Shown here: piece by piece, positions 25,991-37,685 of the stretch
How positions within the stretch are numbered: the stretch's first letter is position 1
How the letters are laid out: every line of letters begins with the position of its first letter
NCBI GenBank assembly: GCA_028534125.1
Contig: CM052816.1
Span: 95,792,001-95,856,000 of the forward strand
Source: Lama glama
Taxonomy: Eukaryota
Direction of reading: 5' to 3'
DNA length: 64,000 bases
Notes under the pieces: model-generated
The model's input: the letters and a program-made list of their open reading frames with translations, nothing else
Databases searched by the model: none
Told to the model about the DNA's origin: nothing
Made by a program: the position numbers and the translations under genes

Positions 25991-26799
25991 TACACGAAAT
26001 AAAATCACTCTTCTCTTCATGTTAAGTCTTTCTTTTGGTAATTTTCTAAGATCCCACAAATGTCCTTATTTTAATGCATTTCATGTCAACATTCAACATT
26101 AATAACATTTGTCATTCTGGGGAAAGTTTGGGTGTTTTGCCATAGATCAATCAATTAGAAGAGCTGGAATCTCTTGGTGACTTCCAGGCACTGGCTTCAG
26201 TGGGCACTTGGGGATGTTGTGGGTGGGAAAATCCACTGGGGCAAGAGATGGGAGGGGTGGGTTGCATTTGAGGAATCTCTTAATTGACTTAGATCTCTGT
26301 CTCTGATGGATCAAATGAGGGGAGCAAGTAGAGGATGTCTGAGAGTCCCTTCTGAATGTAGAGTTCTGTGAGTCTGTGATGCTGGAGGAGTGTGTGATTG
26401 TGTTCTGGCCACCCACTGGGACACTACATTAGCTGTGATTTGTGGTAGTTTAGTGGAGGGAAAGATACAGTGATCCTACCCAAGTGGCAGGGGCTGGCTG
26501 ATGAAGACTAGCATGGGAAGAGAGAAATACCGAATTCCTTTTCAGGATTTAATGAGAGGTTGCTTTGGGGCTAAGCCCTTTTTATAATAAGTCCCACCTG
26601 AAACGGATTGTATTGTTAATATACATCTTTTGAGTTTCTCTGCTGCCACCAGGATGCATCAAAAGGACTAATTATCCAGATTTTTGTTTAATGGTGCTTA
26701 TCTAAATAGCTTAGGAGCTTTTGAGTGAAAACAATACAAATGCAAATGATGATGGTGCAGTGCAGCGTAATAAGGATATTTTCATTATCAGAAGTGGAG

Positions 26800-27030
26800 T
26801 CGAAGTATATTCATTTTACGATGTTGTGTCAGTTTCTGGCGTACAGAACAATGCTTCAGTCATACATGAACATACATATATTTGTTTTCATATTCTTTTT
26901 CACCATAAGTTACTACAAGATATTGAATATAGTTCCCTGTACAGTATGAACTTTGTTGTTTATCTATTTTATATATATAAGCTATAAAGAAACTGAAGTG
27001 CACAAGCAAAAAATTAAAAAAAAAAAAAGA
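26800..27030. mobile_element. Short lineage-specific L1 3' insertion with inverted structure and poly(A)
   Basis: Antisense L1 3' UTR at 26800-~26978, then ~30 nt unassigned sequence and an A-rich tail; flanking repeats agaagtggag (26790-26799) and agaagtgaag (27031-27040). Confidence 0.8.
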
Positions 27031-27907
27031 AGAAGTGAAGGAGTGTAAAAGCTAGTGCAGTAGACCTGCTGGTGGGTGACACCTGATCAAAAGTTTTGTC
27101 AAGTTTGAGGCACAGGGACCTGTAGTAACAGAAGGTCTTTGATTGTCTCTTAGCTTCTGTCTCTTAACCTTTACCTGCTTCAAAATGGCACGCCAAAAGC
27201 TGCTCTTGGGTCTTGGAAGGCAACTGGGTGACAAATTCCAATGGACGTCACAGTGCACTAAAAAATTCCACAACTGAAGTGGCTGTTGATCTCCAGTGTA
27301 AATTTATCTTTAACTAGATTCCATTACCTGGCTGGCTATGAAATTCTTTGGGAAGTGCGCTAGGCAGGCAATAACTGTATCACGGCATCTTACTAGTTTT
27401 ATAGGAAAATGATGTGTGAAATAGTGCTGGGTGGCGGCGGCACTGGGACCAGAATCGGAAGACGCAGGCTGTCTTCCTGCCTTGTTACTTATTAGCTGGG
27501 TCTTTGGGGGCAAATTGTATAGTCTTTTGGGGCCTCATCTCTTCAGCATTTTTATCCACCTACAAATCAGTCCAAGGGAAAGTGTTAGTGGTCATATAAG
27601 TGAGGAAAATCCTGAACACTAGAACATCCATAATTTATATTAGAATATCAAAGAGTCTGAGAAAATATGACACAACATTTCCCAAACTTATTCAACAATG
27701 GAGTCTTTTGGGGTTAAATTCTATCACCAAGGAACACCCCTGAGGAACATGGGGCCAGATGTCCAGTCCCTCCCAACGTGATGAGGAGGTCTACAAGGCG
27801 CAACGTCTGCAAATTGTGAGAACAGCTACTGAGATATGACTTAAATCCAATAACAAAGTTAACCTGCTTTAAAAAAGACCTTGAATTCTGGAAGGACTCA
27901 TTTAGTT

Positions 27908-28050
27908 GCTGTATTTCATAGAATCTAAAATGCCGCTGGTTATAAAATGCATCATTATTTTATGTTCTTCTAAGAAAGAAATGCTGCTAGTTAAACATGA
28001 CAAGGCTTTGGTTACAAGATTCATCCTGATTTAGTGATATCTTAAAAATC
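27908..28050. mobile_element. TcMar-Tc2 (MER104/Kanga-like) DNA transposon remnant
   Basis: ctgtatttcatagaatctaaaatgcc...tataaaatgcatcattatttt resembles the terminal sequence of this group. Confidence 0.5.
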
Positions 28051-29264
28051 CCTAAATTCAAGTAGTACTCATGTATTTGGAATTAGGAATGCTTTGGCTA
28101 CTAGTCCTTGAAAGGAGAATGAGAAGGGCATTAGAAAGAGATTTTAAGCATTAAAAGACCTCTATGCTTGAATCTCTAAAATATAGTTTTTGCATGAATA
28201 ACTTTCACCATAACTCTAAGGAACTGTTGGGAGCCACACTTGCCTTTTACAGATTATGCAGCTGAGATGTAACAAGGCTGGGTGTCACCAAAGATGGCAG
28301 AGTCAATTCTAGCATTTTTTTGGATGCTAGTATGGACTTAAATGGCTCACATTACAAGTGCAACTACCTCAAAAATACTGTTATTTTTTAATCCTAATTC
28401 CATTTTCAAGTGAGTGAATCTGGAATCTAGTTTGGGTTTCCCAGTGCTCAATTAATAGTCCCTCCTGTGGCAGGTGAGGCAAGGCCCCCTCCCCTCCTTG
28501 GCATGGTTGACACATCCAACCTCCAGGAGCAGATGAAGGCTGGAGGTGGCTGGACCAGAGGAGCCAGAACCCTCACTATGCACCAGGAGAGCATCTATCT
28601 CACCAGGAAAAGTGCCAAAGGGGAAAGACAACTGGATTTGAACTCACTGGGAGGGAGGGGGCTTGTTGCTCTGCAGACAAAGGAATACTAACTACTGCCT
28701 TGGGAAAAGAAGAGCAGGAAAGCAAAGTTACTCGATTCCATGACCGAGGAAGGTAAAGGCAGTCTTTTCTATTCCTAGTTTCCAGTTAGCTTTTTCTAGA
28801 ACTAGGCAAGCATTGAAGGAAGTGTGGGTTTTTTCAAACTCTGTTAGAACAGTCAGAAAAATATGATGATGTTAGATTGGTTTTCCAGCAGCTTGACATG
28901 GGAATTACTGGCAGAGCTTATCTCTACAGTGTGAAGGGAAAAATTAAACTCAAGCTTTAGCATATGCGTGCACAGGGAGAGAGATACCCGGTGGAATATT
29001 TGACGGTTGTCTGAAGATCCATCTGCACTAGGCTGGTTCTCTGCGGGCCTCCTGCAGCTGCAGTTTGGTTTATTAGTCATTACTTCGAGTCGAGACACTA
29101 AACATCAGATTTCAAGGCAAAGTTGGTATCACAAAAGAGTGCAGTAACTGTTCTCTCTTTTCACTACGTGAGCATGAATTAACTCATCAGCCAGCAGGTT
29201 GGTCATCTATTAGCATCCTGAAAAAACAGAAATTGGGTAAGTTTAAATAGCATAACAATTATTG

Positions 29265-29700
29265 TTGAATTGGCTAGTGACAGAAACCATCCTTAACTTA
29301 GACTAAACGGAGGTGGCGCTGTTAGACTAACACTGGGTTGCATTTTGGGACTCAAAGTAAGGAATGTACTTTGGCCTCAGGAAAGCTTAGAGCCAGGGAC
29401 TTGAACCCTAGGAGACACCCTTTTCTCTGACATCCTCACTCCCCATCTGTTTTATTCACTTCTCTGGTTCACTTGTCAGGAATCAGGGCAGCTACCAGTT
29501 CCTCAGCCCAGCACACATAGAGACTGGCTTCTCATTTTCAGCAGAGGCTCCAGCTTAGCTTTAGTTGGATCATGTCTCACCCATGGGCTTAGAAGCTCTG
29601 AGAATGGGGTGGTAATAACTCCTGAAAAGGTAGCAATTTCCTAAGGAGTGAAAAAAAAAATGTACTACTCAGTCAGAAAAAAGCAAATCTTGCAGGAGGG
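29265..29700 (-). mobile_element. Old MLT1 (K/L-like) MaLR LTR
   Basis: ttggctagtgacagaaaccatccttaacttagactaaac...cagggacttgaac...gttggatcatgtctcaccc. Confidence 0.5.
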
Positions 29701-29704
29701 AGAG

Positions 29705-29708
<4 letters not shown>

Positions 29709-29751
<43 letters not shown>
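29709..29751 (+). repeat. (AG)~21 microsatellite
   Basis: Perfect dinucleotide run. Confidence 0.98.
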
Positions 29752-29755
<4 letters not shown>

Positions 29756-30394
29756 AAGGCAGAATAGTGAAATGATTTACATTCCTCCAACCACTGCATG
29801 GGGGCCGCTGGAGTGACTGGGTCTCCAACCAGGTGGGAAGATCTGGAAGAAGACAGCCCTGTGCATGTGCTCTGGGTGGTCCTGGGCATGCAGACCCCTC
29901 TGATGGAAATAGCATCACATCAGGACATAACGCACACACAAGTGAAGGGCTCCGTAATTAGAGGCAGCCCCACTGCTGAGAGTCAACTCTGCCTCGGGGA
30001 AGGTCTGGGGAGGGTTATGGAGATTTGAGCTCATGAAGAATGAAGTCATGAAGGGAAGGAACTTGACTTATGCATAGAAAGGTTAATTGAGCCTCAGTGC
30101 CTCAGCATTTTAGGATACCTCTAACTTCCTCCGGTTAAGTCAGTGTGGATAACAAATCATTCGGATGCCTGTCCACATGCCCTTCCTGGTCAGTTTGTCC
30201 ACACTGCCGCCTGGAAGAAGCCAGGAAAAGAAATAGCAGTGCCTCCCTCTCCTTGTGCCGTTTTGGTGGGCTGGAGGCCAGATCCCTCTTCTGCCCTCAC
30301 CTACACTCCCAGAAGCTGGATCTGCCCAGACGAAGATAGGGCATCAGCCATAAGTGACATCTGTCAGAAGCCTTTGATGAGCCAGTGCTGTCAA

Positions 30395-30570
30395 AATGCT
30401 TGCCATGTATTATTTTACCCAATCTCATGAAGACTTAATGGCATAGTTATCACCACTGTTCCCAATTTCCAGATGAGAAAAGTGAGGCCAAGGGAAGTTA
30501 AATAACTTGCCCAAGGTCACTCAGCTAGTGATAGAGTCAAGTTGGCCTCATTCTAGAACCCCTCACAGCT
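30395..30570 (-). mobile_element. MIR SINE
   Basis: cccaatttccagatgagaaaagtgaggcc...gttaaataacttgcccaaggtcactcagctagt (MIR core). Confidence 0.85.
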
Positions 30571-31074
30571 ACATTGGCTCATCATGTGAGTCAACATCCC
30601 CGTTGTTCATGGGGAAAGAAGAGCCTGCATCCCGGCAGGAGGTAGATTGTGGGTCCTTAGCATACAATGGAGAAGAAAGAAGACTAGCACTATTGTTTAT
30701 CCTCAGGATCCATAGGGGTAGTGGCATCTCCGGCTCAACCATTTGCCCATTTGCAAGACCCAGTCAAGATTCTAGAACAACGTAAAAAACAGAGTAGAGC
30801 TGCTGAAATCAATGAAGGTCTCAAAACATATGAATGGGAAGACTTGAAGGAAAGGCCAAGTGTTAGCGGAGTGTAGGGAAGACTTGACAGGGAGTGAGGA
30901 GGGCAGGGCCGTTCCTCTCTGCGATCTTGCCTGTGATACATCAAAGAGATTGCCTCTTCCATCCAGGCCTTCTTGGGAGTCTGGAAGACTTGATGGGGCA
31001 GAACTCAGGACTCAAATAAGAGACTGTTCAAAAGAAGTGTACTCAGAGCGGGGGGAGCTGGGGTTAGTTATGGA

Positions 31075-31440
31075 TCATGCTGACGTAGTTTGGATTCCCT
31101 GTAAGATCCCGAGACAAGGGTTTCAACGTGAGTACTTTGTGAACCATCCCAAGAAAGACCACGTAGGGAGTGGGTTTTGCTAGACACAAAAGGGAGAAAG
31201 GGTGCATCCCCAAGCAAGTCACTACTGTGGCCAAGTGGGGTACAACCCCACTGGGGAGGTCTGGGAGATGATTTAGAGGGTACACCTTAAAGTTATTCCA
31301 CAAGAGAACTGAGGGTGATGCTGAACCAGTGTTCAAGGACATGGTGAGCATGGAGGGGTGGGTGGGGTATTGACACACAGGCAACTGTGTCTTTCTGTGG
31401 TCCCCCAGCCAGGGACACTACTGGCAAGTCATTTCAAGAA
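31075..31440 (-). mobile_element. ERVL-class LTR (LTR16/LTR33-like)
   Basis: tttggattccctgtaagatcccgagacaagggttt...gtcactactgtggccaagtggggtacaaccccactggggag. Confidence 0.5.
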
Positions 31441-31454
31441 AGTTGGGTTCTCTC

Positions 31455-32000
31455 CAAATAAATGGTCAACAGGGACATGAAGAGATGTTCAACATCACTA
31501 ATTATGAGAGAAATGCAATTCAAAACTACAGTGAGGTACCACCTCACACTGGTCAGAATGGCCATCATCTGAAAAGTCTACAAATAATAAATGCTGGAGA
31601 GGACATGATGAAAATGGAACACTCCTACACTGTTGGTGGGAATGTAAATTAGTGCAGCAACTATGGAGAACAGTATGGAGGTTCCTTCAAAAACTAAAAA
31701 CAGGTTACCATATGATTTAGCAATCCAGCCCCTGGGTATGTATCCAAAAAAGATGAAAATGCTAACATGAAGATGCATGCACCCCAGTGTTCACAGCAGC
31801 ACTATTTACAATAGCCAAGACATGGGAACAACCTAAATATCCATTGTCAGATGAATGGATAAAGAAGATGGGGTATATATACACAATGGAATATTACTCA
31901 GCCATAAAAAGAATGAAATAATGCCATTTGCAGCAACATGGATGGACCTAGAGATGGTCATACTAAATGAAACAAGGCAAAGACAAAGACAAACACCACG
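31455..32000 (+). mobile_element. L1 ORF2 C-terminus and start of 3' UTR, truncated at both ends, frameshifted
   Basis: gatgttcaacatcacta...gaaatgcaattcaaaactaca...cctacactgttggtgggaatgtaaattagtgcagc...gccataaaaagaatgaaataatgccatttgcagcaacatggatggacctagag. Confidence 0.95.
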
Positions 32001-33409
32001 TGCTGGGACCAGCAGTGGAACATTCAGCTGTGCTTTAATATGAAACTGTGCACTGAGAATAAGGCGAAACTAGTTAAAATGCAAACACCACCAGAGGATT
32101 TGTGAGGCATTTTCAGTATAAGGAAACAAGGAGAAGGTCTGCAAACTGGACGAATGGAGCCTTGGCAGAGGTGATAAAGAAAACGGATGCTCAGATGCTG
32201 AGTTCCTGTGTTTCTGTCCCCAATCAGAGACCGTGGAATGAATACTGGAGGGAAAGAGGTTGCTTCAGGCTCTATATATAGAGCATAATGACAACCATAC
32301 TTCCGTTATGTGAGGTAACGGTGTGGGTTCTTCAATGAAATCATGCAGTCTTTAAAGTTGCATTCCTAAAGAAAAACAAATGCTTTTCGAGTCAGTCAAG
32401 AGGGACACCATTATAGAATTGATGATTTTGGAATAGCAGTTTCTGCTCAGTTAGGGACAACGCTTCATGCTGTGGAGGAGGCGGGCCTGGCTTCGAGCCC
32501 GGCTTGGTTTCTCATCTATAAACCCAAGATGAAAATGTATGCATCGCCCGGGATTTCTCTAGGGATTGCAGGATTTTATACACCAGACACATCCCAGAGC
32601 ACTAGGTAAATACTAAGGGTAGCTAGAACACATGGTAGATAAAGTATCAGAGTTAATTTTACTGGCTCAAGCATTTCAGGATAGTTTTGTCTTTTGTGAA
32701 AATTAATTTCATTTTTTCACGTGTCTATATAACAACTTGGCAATGAAAAAAAACTATAAATTTTCCTTTCATTTGGTACTTAAAGGAAGTTCTCAACAAA
32801 CATGATTTTGGTTCAGATACAGGGTGACAAACTGAGAGATCAGAGTTAGTTTGTTTCAGCCAAGTTTATTCCAAAAGAAGAAATGACAGGGTGGGGGAAG
32901 AGGGAGTTTCCACTGATAAGACAAAATATTTTAAGATATCAAGTGGTAGACAAAACTGAGGAATAATTATGTGGGGAAACCACTTCAGTAAAATTTAAAA
33001 TGTCATAATATGCTCTTATTAGAAAAAAAAAGCATACAGGTTTTTGAAGGTTATGTCCCCCTCTTTTCTAGGTGATGATAAGCTGCTTAAAAATTAGGTG
33101 AAAACCTGAGCCAGTTGCTACTTGAGAAAACCAAGCAAGTTGACCAGGGTTTGCGTTCTGCGTGCTACGTCCTGTGTGAGGTTTCTTACGGGTCAGCCTT
33201 CCGTCCAGAGGCCCCAGGCTTCCATGTCTGAGCACTGCAGTGCCAGACTGTGGGCCGCTCTGAAGCCAAATGCAGATGCTTCGGGTTTCCTTCCCAATGT
33301 CATGGTTGACTCTTCGTTTAAAATCTCCCCAGATCTTCCCTGGGTTCCAACCTACTGACTATTTGAATCCTGAACATTTTCGCTGAGCAATCGCAGCTCC
33401 CCTCCTTGA

Positions 33410-33632
33410 GTAGCTCCCCCAGCTTCTTCTGTGAAGGGTCAGGTAGTAAATACTTTTGCTTCGCAGGCCATTTGGTCTCTGTCACAAATAGTCAGCTCTG
33501 CAGTTGTCACACAGAAGCAGCCCTTGACGATGCCCATATGAGTAGGCGTGGCTGTCTTCCAAAAAAATGCTGTTCACAGCCACAGGCAGGGGGCAGGAGT
33601 GGGCCCACTGACGTAGTCTGCTGATTCCCAAG
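33410..33632 (+). mobile_element. MER58A hAT-Charlie MITE
   Basis: ttctgtgaagggtcaggtagtaaatacttttgcttcgcaggccat...ggtctctgtcacaaatagtcagctctgc...ggcgtggctgtcttcca. Confidence 0.85.
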
Positions 33633-33682
33633 TTGTACTACTGGCGATGTCTAATGGTTTCTATCACACAATTATTTTGAGC

Positions 33683-34233
33683 TGTGATGCTTATTTTTAC
33701 GGGTCAACTTGGCTGGGCTGCAGTGTCCAGCTATTCAATCAAACAATAATCTCGGCGCTGCTCTGAAGGGCATTGTGTCTGTCTGATGTGGTTCACACCT
33801 ACAGCCAGCTGACGGTGGCTGACGGTGAGTGACGGCGGTCGTGCTCAGTCATGTGGGTGGGCCTTGTCCCGTCCGTTGAAAGCTTTGAAAGGAAAAAACA
33901 AAACATAACCCTGAGGGTTCCCTAGGAAGAAGAAATTTTGCTTCAGTGCTACAATACCAGTTTCTGCCTGAGTTCCCAGCCTGCTGGCCTGCCTTAAAAA
34001 TGTCAGATTTGTCAGTGGCCCCAAGGATGTGAGCTAATTCATTCATATATATATATATGTATATATACTTCGGTTAGGGTTAGAGGTAAATCTAGGGCTT
34101 GGCTGACAGCTAGGTTGAGGGATGAGTTGGGGGCTATGGCTACAATGAGGGTTAGGGCTATGGTTGGGCTTGAGTCAGGGCCTTTTATATATATGTGTAA
34201 AATCATACTGACTTGTTTGTCTGGAACTGGTAC
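33683..34233 (+). mobile_element. MLT2 (ERVL) solo LTR
   Basis: Starts tgtgatgcttatttttacgggtcaacttggctgggc, contains gaagaagaaattttgcttcag...ccagcctgctggcctgcc and an internal (TA)n, ends tctggaactggtaca. Confidence 0.85.
34072..34180 (+). repeat. Degenerate (TTAGGG)-like hexamer tract
   Basis: Roughly 6-bp periodic units ggttag/ggctat/agctag/gttgag; perfect TTAGGG at 34074-34079 and 34152-34157. Confidence 0.55.
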
Positions 34234-37024
34234 AGGAGAAATATGCTTAGTGAATTATTTTGCACCTTGAAGACTCACTCTCCTTTACTGTTATTAACTT
34301 TACATATTTGTTTGTTTATTCATCCATCCACCCACCGTCTGTCCTTTCTTTCAATAATCCACCAGTTAAAACCAGAATCCTTGAAGGCACTCTAGCCTCT
34401 GGTTTTTGCCTCTGAAACACATTTCCTTCCCATCCTCACCTTATTCCTATGGCTCCATCCTACTCTGAGCCCCCTCTGTGGTCGGTACCTCATTGGTTTA
34501 CCTACATAGATGCCGCACACCTGCCTATATGAGCTGCTTTGTAGCTGCACATACAACACATCAGATGCCAAGCCTTGCACTTTCCAAAAGGTCATCTTGT
34601 GAAGATGAAGCTTTTGTCTCAGTTTCCCTTTATGTGTAGACCAGGTGTTTCTTCCCTGAGCCTACCTGCCAGACTCACTATGGGAGTTACAGAGACAGTG
34701 ATGGTGGAGACACAAACCTTGGATAAAAGAGCCCAAGGTATAATTTTTCTCTTGGTTCTGTCTGAGCCTCCACTTAATGTCACAGTGATATTTAGAATCC
34801 ATATATATATAAATCATCTGTATGTGCCTTTCAAAATTAGCATCTAAAGATATACATAGAAGAATAGCAATCATTACCACTATATCTTATGATTTTATAT
34901 TGGTACGTCATCCAGGATGCCTTAAAAATAAAAATAATGAGTTGGTATTAGTATTTTTATAAACTCTAAATTTCCTCTCCTAGAATTTCCTCTTCTGAAT
35001 TCTTGCTTCCTTTCTCTCACCTTCCACCATGGTAACATTGGCATGGTTCCATTACAAAAATTACAGGAAAATCTCCATGGGTATCACCATGAACAGTGAG
35101 AAAAGGGGGGAAAAAGAAGCTTGACACTGCTCAGCAAACTGTAACTAAAACATGATACCCCCTCCACTTACAGCACAGGGGTCACTGGGTCAGCCCACAT
35201 ATTGGCAGATAATCTTGTTCTTTCTGTCAGTTGAGTTGTGGAGGATGACAGTGTAGACATTTCTTTGCAATAAGAGGCCACTGATCATTAGTCACTGAGC
35301 TTTAGGAGAGTTGCAGGAAAAAGCAGATTTTAAAACAACATTCAGAGAAATGCACGTGCCCACTTGCTCCTTCCTGTCTCCGATTTAACTCACTACTCTG
35401 CCCTGGAGAGGCAACTGGTTCAGGAAGGGCCTTTTGCTGCCTTTAGTTTCTAGAAGCTTCTGTACAACTTCCCAGATGTTCTTCTTGATCTGGGTTCTGG
35501 GAAGCCTCTGATTTCCTCCCAGAAGCACGTGTGTTGAGTCTTTCAAACTCCTGGCCCCCGGGTCTCGGCACTCAGGGCAGGGAAGAGGCCGGAAGAGGAT
35601 GCAAGCTCTCCTTTCAGGTGTGCCTGCTCCCCCCGCCTCCACCTTCCTTGGCCTGGGCTCAGGCGGGACGCTCCTCTCCTCCCGACGCCCCTGCATCCCA
35701 GCAGCTCCCACTTTGCGTTCCCTACTTAATCCACACAGAATGGGCCACACGCTTCCAAAATCCAGAATAAATTAGTTTCGTGCAAACTCGACTTCTACCA
35801 GACTTCTTAGAGTCCTGTTCTAGGTTCTCCCTTGAACACATGGGAACATGAGACCCTCAGTGGCATTGTTCTGCGGTGGCAGAGTAAGGAATGTTGGACT
35901 ATTTTGTCTACAAGCACTTGGCTTTCCAGGAGTGAAAGTACTGTGTAAATAGAATGTTGTGTTGGACCTTTGTTCGTTTCCTCCACTATTTTTCAAATGT
36001 CTCAGTTATGACACCAAGGAGAGCTGTGGCTAAAATCAGATCTGATGAAACTTCCTTTGTATATTTCAGCTGACATAGTTATTCATTGCACGTGGATAGA
36101 TTTCAGTCTTCACTGTCTCGATGTGCAAAAAATGGTATTTCTTTGTTTTTCTATAGTTTACTTTTGTGACTCCATTGCATTGGGGTGGTAGATGTGTTCA
36201 TCAGCTTGGGGTTATCCCCAAGTTTCTGGAGTCTTTATTTAAGTTCTAGGAGGATTGCAAGAGAAGATGGAAGAGAATTTATCATCTGGCACTTACATGT
36301 CCAGAATCCTCTGCACCTCCTGTTGTATCTCGGGTCTTGGCTTTCCAAGCCCCCCATGTCTCTGCATCATCTCACATCTCTGCATGCTACATCTGTCGGC
36401 CTGACTGTCTCACAGCTGTCCCCAGGGTTCATTCTGCCTCTGCCCACACACACGCTGGGCCAGAGCAACCCCCACGAGGCTAAGTGCAGTGATGTCCATG
36501 CCATGCTTGGGTGCACAGAGTATTCAGCTGTCCCTGCACCTCAATGGGGTCCTGGGAACTCTGCAAGCCTTCTTTGGTCCTTCCAGCAAGATACCTCACC
36601 TAAGCATTTCAACTCTACGTCTTGCTGCTTCCTTAGCATCTACACAGAGCCGGACTCAAACCCCCAGCCCCTCTGGAATTCTTGTCTGCACCCCTGAGGC
36701 TTGGACTGGGGAGAGCACGGATACCATCCTTTGCTCAAAGCTCTCCCAGCATCTCAGCTCCTGCTGCTTTCGCGCTGACTGTTTTCCCTGCAGCCTGGGC
36801 GTCCTTCTCTCTCCCGGGTGGCAAGGGTAGAGAGAAGCTTGGAGCCTAGGCTTGTAAAACTCCAGAACGTTCTCGTGGCTTTCTGCTATGACATTACTCA
36901 CCCGAGCTCATGAATTCTGCTCTTTTTAGTTTCCGCAATAGGGTGAAAGGATAAAAAGTCCAAGCAAATACGGAAGGGCAATGTCACTTAATACTGACAA
37001 GTGTTATCTGAGACAAGTCGTTTC

Positions 37025-37260
37025 ACTCTTTCATCAGCTCTGTTTGTTCAGTGACCGTTTATTGAATGTCCGCTTTCTGATGGTCTTAGGAAGCATAGGT
37101 GAGTGTAAGACAATAACTCGTTTTGTTAAGGCCTAATAATTCAGGAAGCAATAAAAAAAATGAGCTGCCTCGATGTGAAAAGCTTGATAAGAGGGTGCAA
37201 ACAAAGCACTTAAGCAGTGCAGGTGAGGTCACCCAGGGCTACTGGAGCAATTGCACTGTT
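37025..37260 (-). mobile_element. L2 3' end
   Basis: ttcactctttcatc...tttattgaatgtccgctttctg...gtgagtgtaagaca. Confidence 0.5.
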
Positions 37261-37585
37261 TCTTTGGTGTCATTTGGGGCTCAGGAATTGCTGTGTCCAG
37301 AATTTGCAATTACTGCTTTACCTCTGATGGGAAGCAATTGGGTCATCCGTCCCGAAGTGATGGAGCAAGACAATTTGCCGAGCCGGCTTTAAACACTGAA
37401 AATGTGTCCCTCAGCTGCTCACGGATAACATGAAAACTCCATCCACAGGTAGGTGCTCCAGCGTGCACTCAGGTCTGCCGAGAGAATTCGACAGAGAAGG
37501 CATCGTGCTGACTCATGCGCTCCTATCGCAAGAAAAATTGCTTGATGAAGCCTTACTGTTTAGCACCTCTGGTTGAAAGCTCCAC

Positions 37586-37685
37586 TTTTTCCCCTTTCAT
37601 AGAGGCATTGGGGATTGAACCCAGGACCTCTTGCACGCTGAGCATGCCCTCTACCCATGAGCTATCCCTACCTTCCACTCCCTAC
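37586..37685 (-). mobile_element. tRNA-Ala-derived SINE (camelid vic-1-like)
   Basis: Minus strand reads gggatagctcatgggtagagggcatgctcagcgtgcaagaggtcctgggttcaatccccaatgcctct, a degenerate tRNA-Ala(AGC) with A and B boxes, an A-rich tail and degenerate flanking repeats (aagctccactttt / aagtcccagtttt). Confidence 0.85.

Noticed and set aside
36185..36830. 170-aa and 113-aa ORFs
   Set aside because: Ser/Leu/Pro-rich translation of pyrimidine-rich, probably L2-derived sequence with no protein-like features.
37600..37672. Functional tRNA-Ala gene
   Set aside because: Multiple stem-disrupting substitutions, an altered anticodon loop (ctcagcgt), an A-rich tail and flanking direct repeats indicate a SINE.
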